A stretch of 64,000 nucleotides of DNA from Octopus sinensis (lineage: Eukaryota), in contig NC_043004.1 of assembly GCF_006345805.1 (NCBI RefSeq), positions 26,288,001-26,352,000 of the forward strand, read 5' to 3'. This document shows positions 11,201 to 24,284 of this stretch, one piece after another. The position numbers and the translations under genes are program-made. Below the pieces are notes generated by a model. The model ran no database searches, had not been told where the DNA came from, and saw only the letters and a list, made by a program, of their open reading frames with translations. Within the stretch, counting starts at the first letter, position 1. The number at the start of each line of letters is the position of its first letter.

Positions 11201-11618
11201 TTCCGTAGAAACCGACATTACTGCTATTTGTAACGCCAAGAGAACGCCTTCTCCAGCTCGTTATTCGATGTAATCTGCATCCGATAAATATTGCAAGCAG
11301 TAGAGTGAACCCCTACCATCTTCTAGACACGAGATCACCAGACTGTACAACTTCGACCTCTTTTTGGAAATTTTGCAACTAGCTAATTTGTTGTTGCCAA
11401 ATCAGTGACTGTGTGTCACTGTTTTTCTATATATTGCGAGCTGGAGTGAACTACTGCTCTCTCTAGCGGACGACCCTCCACCACCGAGGATAACCACAAG
11501 TGGTAGGTATTCACTCCCCTGCTTGCAATATATATCGGATACAAATTGCATCGAATAATCAGCTGGAGGAGGCATCCTCCTGGAGTTAAAAATAGCAGTA
11601 ACGGCGCTTCCGGTGGAA
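11201..11618. repeat. ~420-bp fold-back element (MITE-like)
   Basis: ttactgctattt...ctccagct...ttattcgatg...atattgcaagcag...gagtgaa is mirrored at the other end; central hairpin cagtgac/gtcactg lies on the symmetry axis. Confidence 0.8.
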
Positions 11619-12127
11619 CAGTTTAACTGACGATAAACACACAACTGGACTTCATATTCGAGGCTCAAATGAATCTATTAAAGTGTTATTCAGGCACTAA
11701 ACTTTGAGTTTATTGCATTATATTGCAGAAACAGCTATAAGCTGATGAAGTTCATAAAACAATCGTTCCCCCACACACACCTGACATCTCATTTTCTTAT
11801 TACTGCTCTATACTTGTCTAACACTTAGTTCTGAAGAATAGATATATTGAGTTCTACACCAGGTTATTAGCCACGCAATACCTAAGCGGCCATGATATAT
11901 CGCTAGCCACTACACATTCTTTATTTTCTCTCCTTGTTTCTTTCTGTGGTCCTTTCTGTGGAAGAGCGTAGGCTCGAAACGTTAAAGACTTTTTCACTTC
12001 CCGAGTGTTTTACTAATACATCTGTTTGTCTAAACCCACCACCTGTCTTCGTCTTTAGTATTTTTTGTGAATTCTCTCCCGATATATGTGTGTGTGTATG
12101 TGTATGTGTTTGTGTATACATGCATTC

Positions 12128-12198
12128 ATGTATGTATGTATGTATGTATGTATGTATGTATGTATGTATGTATGTATGTATGTATGTATGTATGTATG
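12128..12198 (+). repeat. (TATG)n microsatellite
   Basis: Direct reading. Confidence 0.95.
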
Positions 12199-12245
12199 AT
12201 GTATATAAATAAGGTTAAACGCAGGTGTTGTTCAAATCTTTTTAC

Positions 12246-12327
12246 TTCCGACATGTTTCAAAGAAGACATTGGTATTATTCCAGAAGTAATAAAATGATG
12301 TAAAACTGCAATCTTCTTATCAGGGAA
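12246..12327 (-). ncRNA. PLE hammerhead motif with core mutation (CUGAUAA)
   Basis: UUCC-CUGAUAA-GAAGA...UCUUU-GAAA-CAUG-UC-GGAA. Confidence 0.55.
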
Positions 12328-13131
12328 AGAAATACAAATCTACTTAATGAAAATAGTAACATTGATATTGTTAACAGTAACCATTCTTTAAATAATAATA
12401 ACAGCGATGTTAGTGTTTCTGATGTGGATTCCAATCGCATTCGTTTCCTTAGCAGTAATTCTAAGACTAGAAACTATTTATCAATGTAAAATTACTTCCG
12501 ATTCTGACGTATTTTTTTATATAGGTAGTTCTTCATCTCAGTTGTCCAAAAGAATTTCTAATCATTACTCTACATTTAGACATATCAATAAACGTAACAA
12601 TACTGGGCTTAGTAAATTAATTTGGTATCTAAAGGATCATTATATACAATTTGATTTGGAATGGAATATTCTATCTAAATCATTTCCATATGATAAAGGT
12701 AAGTCTTTCTATCCGCTTTGTAACAATGAAATGTATTTCATCCTGTTCTCAGAGGATCTTCTTGTAAACACATTTAAAGAACGCGTTTATCGTTGCAAAC
12801 ATTGGAAAAAACATACCTTTAGTTCCTATAAGTGTTATCTACCATTCTATAAAATTCGACTTTTAACTGTCTTCTTATATTTCACTTCCACTAAATATAT
12901 CTACTCTCAAGCTTTTAAGATGTATTCCTATTAACCTATCGCACTATATCTCTCCACTATTAGTTTTCTGCTAATTTATTTCTTTCTCCTAATTCTCTTT
13001 CTATAAACTGCCTTTGACGTTATATCTATTAACGGTTTTCATTTTAAAGAAACTTTCTAGCGTTCCCTTCATCATATACGCAGTTATCACATTCTGTTAA
13101 AATGCCTTGCTGATGTGTTTGGTATCTTTCT

Positions 13132-13217
13132 TTACCTGATGAGAAGATTGCATTGTTTTATATCATTCTATACCTTCTGGAATAATACCAATGTTTTCTT
13201 CGAAAAATATGACGGAA
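13132..13217 (+). ncRNA. PLE hammerhead motif with mutated stem III
   Basis: UUAC-CUGAUGA-GAAGA...UCUUC-GAAA-aauauGAC-GGAA. Confidence 0.55.
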
Positions 13218-13675
13218 GTAAAAAGATTTGAATAACACCTGCATTTAACTCCATTTATTTATTTATGTGATACAAAAACATTTCACCAAAACCTGGAATT
13301 TCTACCTTTATAAGTCGGCTCTTACATCCTTGGTACTTGTGTGAATTTTTGCTACCCTGGTAACTATTTATTCTTTTTTCCATGTTATTTGTAAACATTG
13401 AAAAAATACACATACATTTATATACATATATATATATGTATGTGTGTGTGTGTGTATAAGAATACATATATCTTTCTATCTCTCTCTCTATATATATATA
13501 TAAATTAGAGAAAAACCACTATTATGTAATTCAAACAATGATGGACATAAACCATATCATATAGAAAAAAATAAAATATATTATAAAACATGTAACTAGA
13601 TCACAAAAAGTACAAAAATGAATAAACAATATATAATCAGTAAAAAGACTATAGATTAAAAGATAGTAATTTTAC

Positions 13676-13676
<1 letters not shown>

Positions 13677-13743
<67 letters not shown>

Positions 13744-13859
13744 TATTATTATTATTATATGTGTACTAAAATCCAAAGAATTAAGTATTATTATTTTGGG
13801 AAATAGTAACGTAAAATACTTTTGAATAAGTAGTAAAAACTTTTTATGTACAATTTCAT

Positions 13860-13917
<58 letters not shown>
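13677..13917. repeat. Opposed (TTA)n and (TAA)n tracts
   Basis: (TTA)n at ~13677-13757 and (TAA)n at ~13861-13917. Confidence 0.9.
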
Positions 13918-15219
13918 GTACTTTATTTATTCCCTTAATGAGTGGAGTATTAGATCTAAATATATATTAATTTACAAATATAAGTTTAACTTATTAGTGA
14001 GGATTTATTTGAGTATTTATTTGATATATAATATATATTTGGTGTAAGTGATATTGTAGTTTATGTTTTGTGGTGGTGTTTTGTATATTAGTCAGCATGA
14101 GTTTGTATTAAATATTTAGAAGTAGATTTATTTTATATGTTTATTTAATTAATAAATATAATTTATTAATAAATATTAATTACATTATAGTTTTTTAGAT
14201 TAACTTAAGTATATTGAACTAGTGGTTAGAAAATTGAGACTGATTGAAAAAAGTACTGTGTTTATATAGAATGGGTCCAGGGGTTGATTTGTTCGAATAA
14301 AGGCGGGGCTCCAGCGTAACAATATTTATATGAATGAAACAAGTAAATTAGTATGTGAATTTGAGTATATTTGTGTTTTTGAATTTTGAAATTTCTAGTG
14401 TATGATAACTTACAGTCTTAGTGATTTTATTCTCTTTTTGTTAAAGCTAAGATAAATTTGTAGTTTTCATTGATAAAATGCATATTTCTATCTGTTTGTT
14501 TTATTTATTTAAGCCACGTCTTCACGAGTAAATTTATAAACGCTAAGTAATACGTTTTTCGTTTTGTAATTTTTTAGTTCATAATATATCTTCCGAGAGA
14601 TAAGTACACAATTTATTTAAGAAATAATACTGTAATCTATATGATTATTGATTGATAAATGTGAATTTCTAAGTTTTTTAATTTATTAATGATAATCTAG
14701 ATACGTGCATTTATTTAATTATCCTTATTTTATACTTATTATATGTGAACTTAAATCGAAAAATATTAGTTTGGTTACTTTGTGAATTAGATTGTAAATT
14801 TTTTTAGTGCAGGTAAAGTTTTTTATATTTAGTACTATTGAATTAATTTAATAATAATAATAATAATTACGTTACTGAAACATAACCTTTACATCATCTC
14901 CGTATTGGATACTGATGCAACGAATAACTTCGCATGACGCCTGTCCACATACACTTTTACAAGTGTATATATTCAGCAATGGTGGAGAAAAATCGATGAC
15001 ATGTTGATTACTAGTCCGATATCTATCAACTTGACCGACACATAATAAAGTTATGTGACTAAGCCCACTTTTCCGTAGAGTAATAGGTGCAAGAAACGAA
15101 ATTTGTCAAGATAGTTGCAAACCCAGGTCCAAATTCTTTAGAAACAAGATCGATTTTTCAATCTTAGTATCAAAACAAACATAGAAATCATAAAAATAAA
15201 AATAAATAAAATAAATAAA

Positions 15220-15254
15220 ATAATAATAATAATAATAATAATAATGATAATAAC

Positions 15255-15309
<55 letters not shown>
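15220..15309 (+). repeat. (AAT)n microsatellite
   Basis: Direct reading; source of the poly-I ORF. Confidence 0.95.
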
Positions 15310-15312
<3 letters not shown>

Positions 15313-16134
15313 ACTTTTTTCGCAAATAATTTTATAAACGATAAGTAATACGATTTTAGTTTTGGAATTTTTAAATTTTTTATTTCATACATATTTTCGG
15401 AATGATAAGTATAATATTTATTTAAGAAATAATGGAGTAATTTATTTATTTATTTATAAAGTTATTGATTGAAAAAATATAGATTTCTAATTGCTATATT
15501 TGTTAATTATAATTTAGATACGTACTTTTATTTAATTTTATGATTTTATTATTTTACTATAATTATATGTGAACTAAATTCTGAAAGTATTATGTGTGAT
15601 TGTTTCGTATAATAGTTTGTAACGTAAAATATTAGAGTATAGCTAGTGAAAAGATATTCTATAGTTTGTTAATGTCAATCTCAAAGCTAAATTATATCTT
15701 CACAGATAAATACATTTTTCTATCTATTTACTCTATTTTTTTACCTTAAGTTTTTAACATCATAAATACATTATAGGCACCTGGTCCTACTTTTTAAGTT
15801 TCAAATTTAGTTAATGGGGTTTCTTCTATAAGAACAATCATGATTTTATTTCTTTACGAAATATTGTTTAATTCTATTTGATTATTTATTTAACTATTAT
15901 TGTTGACCTGGGGAGTCAACAATAATACTTTTAAATTGAATTGTTTTTCGATTAAATTTAAATTTAATTGTAACGCACGTAGTTTTTTTTACTTATATAT
16001 TGTTTATTCATTTTTTGTACTTTTTATGATCTAGTTATATTTTATAATATATTTTATTTTATCTTTATGATTTGGTTTATGTCTATTATTGTTTGAATTA
16101 CATAATAGTGTTTTTCTCTAATTTATATATATAT

Positions 16135-16288
16135 GGCCTAGAAGTTAGAGCAGCAGATTCGCGGTCGAGGGATCGCGGGTTCTAATCTCAGACCGGGCGA
16201 TGTGTGTATTTATGAGCGAAACACCTAAGTTCCACACGGCTCCGGCAGAAGGAAATAGCGAACTTCTGCTGACTTTTTCGCCACAGCT
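16135..16288 (+). mobile_element. tRNA-derived SINE
   Basis: tggcctagaagttagagc...gggttctaatctc boxes; body related to 10643-10790. Confidence 0.7.
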
Positions 16289-16289
16289 T

Positions 16290-16670
16290 TCTCTCACTCT
16301 TTCCTTGATTTCGTCATTAAGAGTACCCTTGAATTTTACTGTCCTTCCAAGATATTTAAATAACCTGACCCATTTGAGTAGCCTGTTGTCTATCATCCCG
16401 TTTGAATCTTGAGTATGTCCTGTTCCAGGATTTGAATGGAATACAGCTTCAGTCTTCTCGATGCTGATAGTCAGTCCAAATGCATGAGCCGCCACAGCAA
16501 ACCAGTCGGCCGTTTCCTGAATTTCTTCAAAGCACAATCATCAGCAAACAAAAAGTCACGTAGAATCTCTTTCTTGGTCTTTTTATTTGTTCTGAAACTT
16601 AGCTTTTTCAGGTTTAGCAGACCTTCTGTGCAAAACTGGAATCTTACATCGCCATGGTAATCCATGAAAA
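16290..16670 (-). mobile_element. RTE-clade LINE RT fragment
   Basis: LRDFLFADDCAL, then after a frameshift FAVAAHAFGLTISIEKTE and FKYLG. Confidence 0.85.
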
Positions 16671-16875
16671 CATTGGAAAAAAATTACAGGTACTAAAACA
16701 CATCTCTATTTGGTTCCAGATACAGATTGTCAGTTTTGTTTCTTTCTTTGAAAAGTTATTTCCTCATTTCCCTTTCTTCTTTTTTCTCTATTGCTCTCTT
16801 TACCTTTAAATCTCCTCCTTCAAACATTTATACGTCGAAATAGACGGAAGCGATCATCGGCATCATCACCATCAT

Positions 16876-16902
16876 ATATATATATATATTATATATATAT
16901 AT

Positions 16903-16956
<54 letters not shown>

Positions 16957-17006
16957 GCTTGCATACATACATATATATACACGCCTATTATATACATATA
17001 CTCATG

Positions 17007-17057
<51 letters not shown>

Positions 17058-17225
17058 ATATATATATATATATATATATATATAAACACATACATATATA
17101 TAAACACATACATATATATAAATGCATAAATGCATACACACATACATACATGCATGCATACATACATACATACATACATACATACATACATACATACATA
17201 CATACATACATACATACATACATAC
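16876..17225. repeat. Compound (TA)n/(TACA)n microsatellite
   Basis: Direct reading. Confidence 0.95.
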
Positions 17226-17869
17226 ATGCAGACATATCTTGTATAAGCATATCTAAAAAGAAAGAAAACCGATATATTAAGATATAAGTAAACGAATGAA
17301 TTAAAAATAGAAATAAAGAAATAGAAAAATAAGAAAAAAGATTGTTAGGAGAGAAAATCTGCGAATAAAAGAATTTTCTGCAGTTTTGTTGATACAACTG
17401 TTAGAAAGGCTTCATCTAAACAAATGGAGTTGCTTACATTTCAGTAAATCTATTGGCTTAAAAGCGTATATTTTGTGAGGCATACAGGGAAAAAGAGAGT
17501 GGGAGAGAAAGAGATACCTGATAGCTTACTGGTAAAGCACGGTCACTTTTAAGTGTTCGTTATGTATTTGGTTAATGAGAGACGGAAGATGAAAGATACG
17601 AGACTTTTTATTAATCGCTACAGTTATTTCAACCCATCTAGCATCGATCCCTTACGGGTGGGAGAATTAATAACTGGTTCGGGAGCATCCGACGGTGCAG
17701 ATGTTTCTCTTCGGATGCTAGAGTTCATCTTCTCAGTTCGTGTAAAGAAAAGCAACAAATTAAAGGATACAGCTTTATTTTTTTCTGCCTTTTACTCTCC
17801 AACGCGGAGTATAGGCCACTTATACAATTATAAGTGGATATGCCGCATAATTTTTCACTTCTGTACTTA

Positions 17870-19630
17870 TACTCTGTCGTGAATGTCTCCCTTTCTCTAG
17901 TTCCTTTTGTGTTGATCTCTGCCACGAGTTCTTAGGCCTACCTTTCTTCCTATATCCATCCGGTTTCCACTGTAAAGCACTTTTCGTTACATTTGGTGTG
18001 TTTTCTCTAATTGAGCTACCAATCCACTTCCACTTTTTCTTAAATATTTGTTCCCTAATCGAAACTTGATTTGTTTTTTGCCATAGCTCCATATTGCTTA
18101 TGTGTTCGGGTCATCTAATTTTAAGTATACTACGCAAGCGTCTGTTGATGAATGATTGTATTTGCTTATTTGACTTAACTGTTGTTCGCCATGTCTCAGC
18201 CCCATACAATAAAACCACTTTTACGCTAGTGTTAAAAATTTTTATTTTGTCCTTTATTGAAATTACACTTGCGTTCCATACTTTTTTTTAAGAGGTGAAA
18301 AGCGGTCCTTGCCTTACTTATTCTCGTCTTAATATCTTCGTCGGTGCCGTCTGAAAACGTTATCTTACTACCTAAATACGTAAACTCGGCTACATCCTCT
18401 AGTTCATCAGTTTCTAGTTTAATACGTTCGCTGTTTTCTTCATTAATGCGCATAATTTTTGATTTGTCGCGGTTGACTTTCAATCCTAGTTTGGCAGCCA
18501 CTGCTTCTAATTTTGACGTTATATTTTGCATTTGGCTATATGTTTGTGAAAGTAGCGCTATATCATCTACAAAGTCGATATCTTCTAGAGCTTCTGCATC
18601 CGTTCATTCAATGCCTGTTTGCTTTCAATCGTAGTTTCCTTCATAATCCAATCTATAACTAGTAGAAACAAAAAGGGAGAAAGTATACAGCCCTGTCGAA
18701 CTCCTGTTTTTTACTTCGAATTTATCCGTAGCTCCGTTTCCATGCAAGACTCGGCATGACATTCCTTGGTAAGTTGCTCTTATTATAGGTATGTACTTGT
18801 TTGGTATGCCGTAGTGCTGCATAATTTTCCATAAGCCTTCCCTATCTACACTATCAAATGCTTTTTCGAAATCAATAAAGTTAATATAAAGCGGTGCATT
18901 CCACTCTGCGCTTTGCTCTACGATGATGCGAAGAGTGACGATTTATCTACACATGAACAGTTCTTCCTAAATCCGGCTTGTTCTTTATGCAACAATTTGT
19001 CAACTTCTGTCCTCATCCGCTCTAAAAGTATCCTGTTAAAATCTTTTCCGGGAGTCGATAATAGCATAATCCCTCTATAATTTCCGCAAACGCTTAAATC
19101 ACCTTTTTTTGGCAATTTTACGATCAGTCCCTCTTTCTAATCATTAGGCACATTTTCTTCCTGTCATATCTTAGAAAATAATGGATGAAACATTTCTACC
19201 ACTATTTCTCTAGCTGATTTCATTGCTTCAGCTGGAATGTTGTCTACACCTCCCGCTTTCCCATTCTTGAGGGATTTATATAGCCTTTCTTATTTCAAAC
19301 TTGGACGGTGGGTCAAGGCTGATGTTAAGATCCAAATTTCTTGGCACAATGTTGGCTATTGTGTCTGGAGGTAGTCTATTGAGCAAATCTTCAAAATGCT
19401 CCTTCCATCGATTTTTTTGTTCTAGGATTGATGTTAGCATCCGACCATCCTTCCCTTTTACTGCCTTTTATACTCTTACTCTCTTCTCGGATAGTAATTT
19501 AGTCGTGTTGTACAGCGCTTTCATGTTCTGGCGCTGAGCTCCACTTTCTGCTGTTGTTGCTAAATTTTCTAAATATTTTCACTTGTCTCTTCTTAATTGT
19601 TTTTTAACTTTCTTATTTTGTTTGTTGTAA
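17870..19630 (-). mobile_element. RTE-type LINE ORF2 remnant (RT and C-terminal region)
   Basis: KGDLSVCGNYRGIMLLSTPGK, EQAGFR, LYINFIDFEKAFDSVDR, LEDIDFVDDIAL, FTYLGS, KWKWIG and GYRKKGRPK; multiple frameshifts. Confidence 0.9.
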
Positions 19631-20442
19631 TTTCCCTGACATCTATTTATCTCTACTTCTAAGCTTGCCGATAGTAATTTTTATTTATGTAGAAGATCAA
19701 TAATAAAATAATAGATGCAAAAAAGAAACGAACGCGCAATACAGCAGAAAAGGTATCAAATATAACCGTTAACGGATATGGATGTATAAACGCCCTCGTG
19801 TAGGTTATGTGGCGCATGTACAGGCGCTCATACAAGTAGCCACAAAGATGTAAGCATACGCACACATGCGGTTTGGTGCACATACAGTCACATAATGAAC
19901 TAGATAGCTCCTTGGTGTTTACAAGAATGGGGAGGTTAAAACTAAATTTAATTCATTCATACCTTAAGGTGAATTATGTTAACAGTTACTCAAATTCAAT
20001 CCCACTGCATTGTGCGAAAGTACATGTATATTCATGTAGACAGCTTTAGAGTCTTTCAGAAATTCTATTAATGATCTTCTCATTGGTCCACCGAATAGAC
20101 AGGGATTCCTCGGAGCAGAGTCGATATTTCTTGGAAATGATATTATAATATCATTTACTATAGACCAAGTGACGTTATACTTAATTTCATCTTCCTTAAG
20201 TTATCACACAAAAACGGCTAAAGATGTATGTCTCTTATTGATTTTCTCGAAGCTGGCTGTCATGAAGATGGAAGAGATAACACTGCATGTTTCGAAGAAT
20301 GGATATACCTATATCCAGTAGGAAGGATTATACAAGTGAACTTTTAGGAAAAAGAAAAGAACAACCATTTCATACGAAGAATGCGATGGAAAGCTTTCTT
20401 CTTTGACAGAAAATCTGGAAGAACGACCGACTAGCCTACACA

Positions 20443-20443
<1 letters not shown>

Positions 20444-20490
<47 letters not shown>

Positions 20491-21497
20491 GAAAAAGAAT
20501 TTCGTCGAAGAGGTTTTTCCCACTTGGTGAGTTGTGAAAAATATATAATAAAAAAAGTAAAATGCTCATAATTTATATATATTTTTTATATGTTAAAAGA
20601 TACCATATTATTATTATTGTCGACCGGTTTCGCGTTTCATTAATCACCTTAGAAATTGGTGAAAATATTGCCATTTTGTATTTTCCTAAATAGTTTTTAG
20701 TCCATGAATCAGCATGTAGGAAAAATCTAAGGAGAGGTAATTGGTGATTGTTATTATTCGGGACAACGAAAGTAATTGCACTTGGGGAGGGTAAATTTAT
20801 ATAAATTCACGAGCTAAAGTAGTGAGATAAAATATGTACAGTGTTGGTTATGCATTATGAATTAATAAAATTGGTTATGCAGTCATATCCAGGCGTGGTT
20901 TGTATTTTTCAATAAATATATTTTCTTTATTTAATCGTTCTTGAATAAAAATTGTTGATGGGAAAAACCGTGAAGTTTAGTTGGAGATTCCCTGTACATC
21001 TATCTATGTGTTCACTCAATGGCATCTGTCTATAACTTGGGAAACGGATCTGTTTCTAATGCAGTGTAGTTCTCCGTCTAAGTGACGTCCTTGTTTGGCC
21101 TATATAGTTGTGTCCACAACCAGAAAAAGATATCACATAAATTGAATTTTCGGATGCACAAGTGAAATTGGTCTTAATTCTGAATCTCTGTCCTTGTTTG
21201 AAATGGAATTCCAAACCTTCCAGCAGGTTGGGGCATGTTCCACAATTTGGACGCCAGCATTTTTTAAATTATTGGTTTCGTTGTTGTTGGGCATAGCTTT
21301 CGCATTTGTCAGTAGTCTTTTTAGTGATTTGGGTTTTTTTTTACATTTGATGAATTCGTGTATTTGTAGAATATGCTTCATCTTTGGATCCCTAGCGAGC
21401 ATTCGTAAATTTTGAATGATAGTATTTTATGTCTCTTGGGTTAAGTGTCCACACACACATACAAACACACACACACCACACACACACACACACACAC

Positions 21498-21561
<64 letters not shown>

Positions 21562-22534
21562 TGAAAAAGAATTTCGTCGAAGAGGTTTTTCCCACTTGGT
21601 GAGTTGTGAAAAATATATAATAAAAAAAGTAAAATGCTCATAATTTATATATATTTTTTATATGTTAAAAGATACCATATTATTATTATTGTCGACCGGT
21701 TTCGCGTTTCATTAATCACCTTAGAAATTGGTGAAAATATTGCCATTTTGTATTTTCCTAAATAGTTTTTAGTCCATGAATCAGCATGTAGGAAAAATCT
21801 AAGGAGAGGTAATTGGTGATTGTTATTATTCGGGACAACGAAAGTAATTGCACTTGGGGAGGGTAAATTTATATAAATTCACGAGCTAAAGTAGTGAGAT
21901 AAAATATGTACAGTGTTGGTTATGCATTATGAATTAAATAAAATTGGTTATGCAGTCATATCCAGGCGTGGTTTGTATTTTTCAATAAATATATTTTCTT
22001 TATTTAATCGTTCTTGAATAAAAATTGTTGATGGGAAAAACCGTGAAGTTTAGTTGGAGATTCCCTGTACATCTATCTATGTGTTCACTCAATGGCATCT
22101 GTCTATAACTTGGGAAACGGATCTGTTTCTAATGCAGTGTAGTTCTCCGTCTAAGTGACGTCCTTGTTTGGCCTATATAGTTGTGTCCACAACCAGAAAA
22201 AGATATCACATAAATTGAATTTTCGGATGCACAAGTGAAATTGGTCTTAATTCTGAATCTCTGTCCTTGTTTGAAATGGAATTCCAAACCTTCCAGCAGG
22301 TTGGGGCATGTTCCACAATTTGGACGCCAGCATTTTTTAAATTATTGGTTTCGTTGTTGTTGGGCATAGCTTTCGCATTTGTCAGTAGTCTTTTTAGTGA
22401 TTTGGGTTTTTTTTTACATTTGATGAATTCGTGTATTTGTAGAATATGCTTCATCTTTGGATCCCTAGCGAGCATTCGTAAATTTTGAATGATAGTATTT
22501 TATGTCTCTTGGGTTAAGTGTCCACACACACATA

Positions 22535-22606
<72 letters not shown>
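20444..22606. repeat. Tandem duplication of a ~1.07-kb unit, structured (CA)n-U-(CA)n-U-(CA)n
   Basis: 20489-21450 and 21561-22523 are identical except one 1-nt indel that I could see; ORFs 21133-21402 and 22206-22475 are identical. Confidence 0.95.
20950..21410 (-). mobile_element. Penelope-like GIY-YIG remnant within the duplicated unit (second copy ~22020-22480)
   Basis: K..KSLKRLLTNAK followed by CxxC-like and disrupted IY...YIGQT-like residues on the minus strand. Confidence 0.55.
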
Positions 22607-22609
<3 letters not shown>

Positions 22610-23646
22610 GGTTGGTAAAAAGTTCGTACCACTTTTTGTTGGTGATGTTTAATCACGCGATCTGTTTTATCACGTGACAAGAACGTATGACATATATATA
22701 TATATTTTCTGAAAGAGGAGATCTCAACGCATTTTTGTATTTGAATTTTGTTTACTTCCGGATAAACTGACATCTGACTATTCAAAGTAGACTTCAAAAA
22801 TAACTAGTATTCTTCTGGAATATTTGTTTGATTCATTCTGAGGCCACAACTTAGTTCACTTTCTTGGTCAGTCGAGTCTTTGTAGCTGCGCCTTTTACTA
22901 TAAGTTATTAAGAAGGAAAGTATGAAGGAAGGAAGGAAAGAAGGAAGGAAGGAAGTGGTTGTAGCAGCCGTATCAGTGTTGCTGTTTAGAAAATGAATAA
23001 AAAAAAGTTACATTAATGTAGGGAGAGAAATAGAGAGTGCATTTAAAAATCTGAAAATAATTTTTCAGTGAAGAACTAACATTATAGGTGAATATTTATT
23101 CTGTAAATGAAAGGTAGCTCCTGACATTTTTAGGTATTATTCTGACAACGTCAACAAAGCACAGCATTTCCATACTTATTAAACTGCAGATGAAAAATCT
23201 TTAAGTAAATGTACACAGGCGTGATTGTGTGGTAAAAAGCATGCTTCCCAACTAAAATGGGTATATAGATTCCCAAATTTTCATTTCTGTAATTGCTTTC
23301 GGCAATTTTTTAACATGACTTTTGCGACCAATATTTTTGTACGATAACAATTTTTATAATCTAAAGGCCAACTCTGCGAGTTGCAGGTCCGGGCCGAATC
23401 CGGACCTGCAATCCTGAAATTTTGGATTCCTCTGTTTTCATTACTGTGATTGTTTTCAGTGATTTTTTTACGTGATTTTTTTTTTGCGACAAATATGATC
23501 ATCATTGGGATATGACTCTGGAGAAAGCAATTGAAACAAATTCTCTAAAACAAGTCAGAGATCTGTTTAAAGATCTTCCCATTCGGGGTCAGTTGCTTAA
23601 AAGCTAAATACTAGCTGCCTATCGGGTGGCTTTTAAGCTAGTATAT

Positions 23647-23707
<61 letters not shown>

Positions 23708-24284
23708 CTTACCTTTTTATTTAACTTACGATGAAAATAAAGTTTGCTTTAGAAGCGTTGAGATGTATTGAAAGATACAGAAATTATTTATTCTCAAACG
23801 CATGATAATGCTAATACAATAGCATGAACAGGATATATATGTATATATGGCGGGCTTCTTTCGGCAAAAGACACCAACAGAATAAGTACCTGGTTTAAAA
23901 TAATAAGTTCTAGGGTGGATTTGTTTGACTAAAACCCTTCAAGGTGGTGCCACAGCATGGCCACAGTCAAGTGAGTGAAACAAGTAAAAGAAAAAGATAA
24001 TGTAGTTGATATAGAAAAAGAAATGAACTCCTTAGGGAATAAAGAATTTATAGACTCTATTAAGCTGTGTCTTTCCTGTCTTTTTCCTCTAGACATAGTA
24101 TATCTAAGACTACCCTTTCTACTGTGTCCTTCCTTTTTTAAAACAGCAGAAGACAGGATCTGTTACTCAGTTTAGCATTACTACCTGGCTCCCTGGGTAT
24201 GTTAAGTGGAGGAATCCACTCTATTATGAGGGTTCCTGTCTTGAGGGGACTTTCCTCCTACCCTTGAACCAGTCTTAGAAGTCT

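Larger units (their letters stand above)
12206..13260 (+). mobile_element. Penelope-like element 3' fragment: GIY-YIG endonuclease flanked by inverted pseudo-LTR segments
   Basis: ORF 12407-12934 contains IYQCKI...FFYIGSS...KRISNHYSTF...LSKLIWYLK...PLCNNE...RCKH; 12206-12330 is the reverse complement of 13125-13260. Confidence 0.85.

Noticed and set aside
11728-11748. GAAACAGCTATAAGCTGATGA as a type II hammerhead
   Set aside because: Only 2 nt separate the cleavage triplet from CUGAUGA, so stem I cannot form.
6096-17397. Many track ORFs rich in YI, HT, CV, RE, poly-F, poly-E and poly-I
   Set aside because: They are translations of microsatellites, not genes; the same applies to similar ORFs elsewhere in the window.
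20622-20631. GAAACCGGTC (minus strand; also in the duplicate) as a hammerhead half
   Set aside because: The palindromic stem III is suggestive, but no CUGANGA core or stem II is recognisable upstream.
22606-22690. ttgggttggtaaaaagttcgt as a mariner terminus
   Set aside because: No matching second TIR or transposase sequence nearby.
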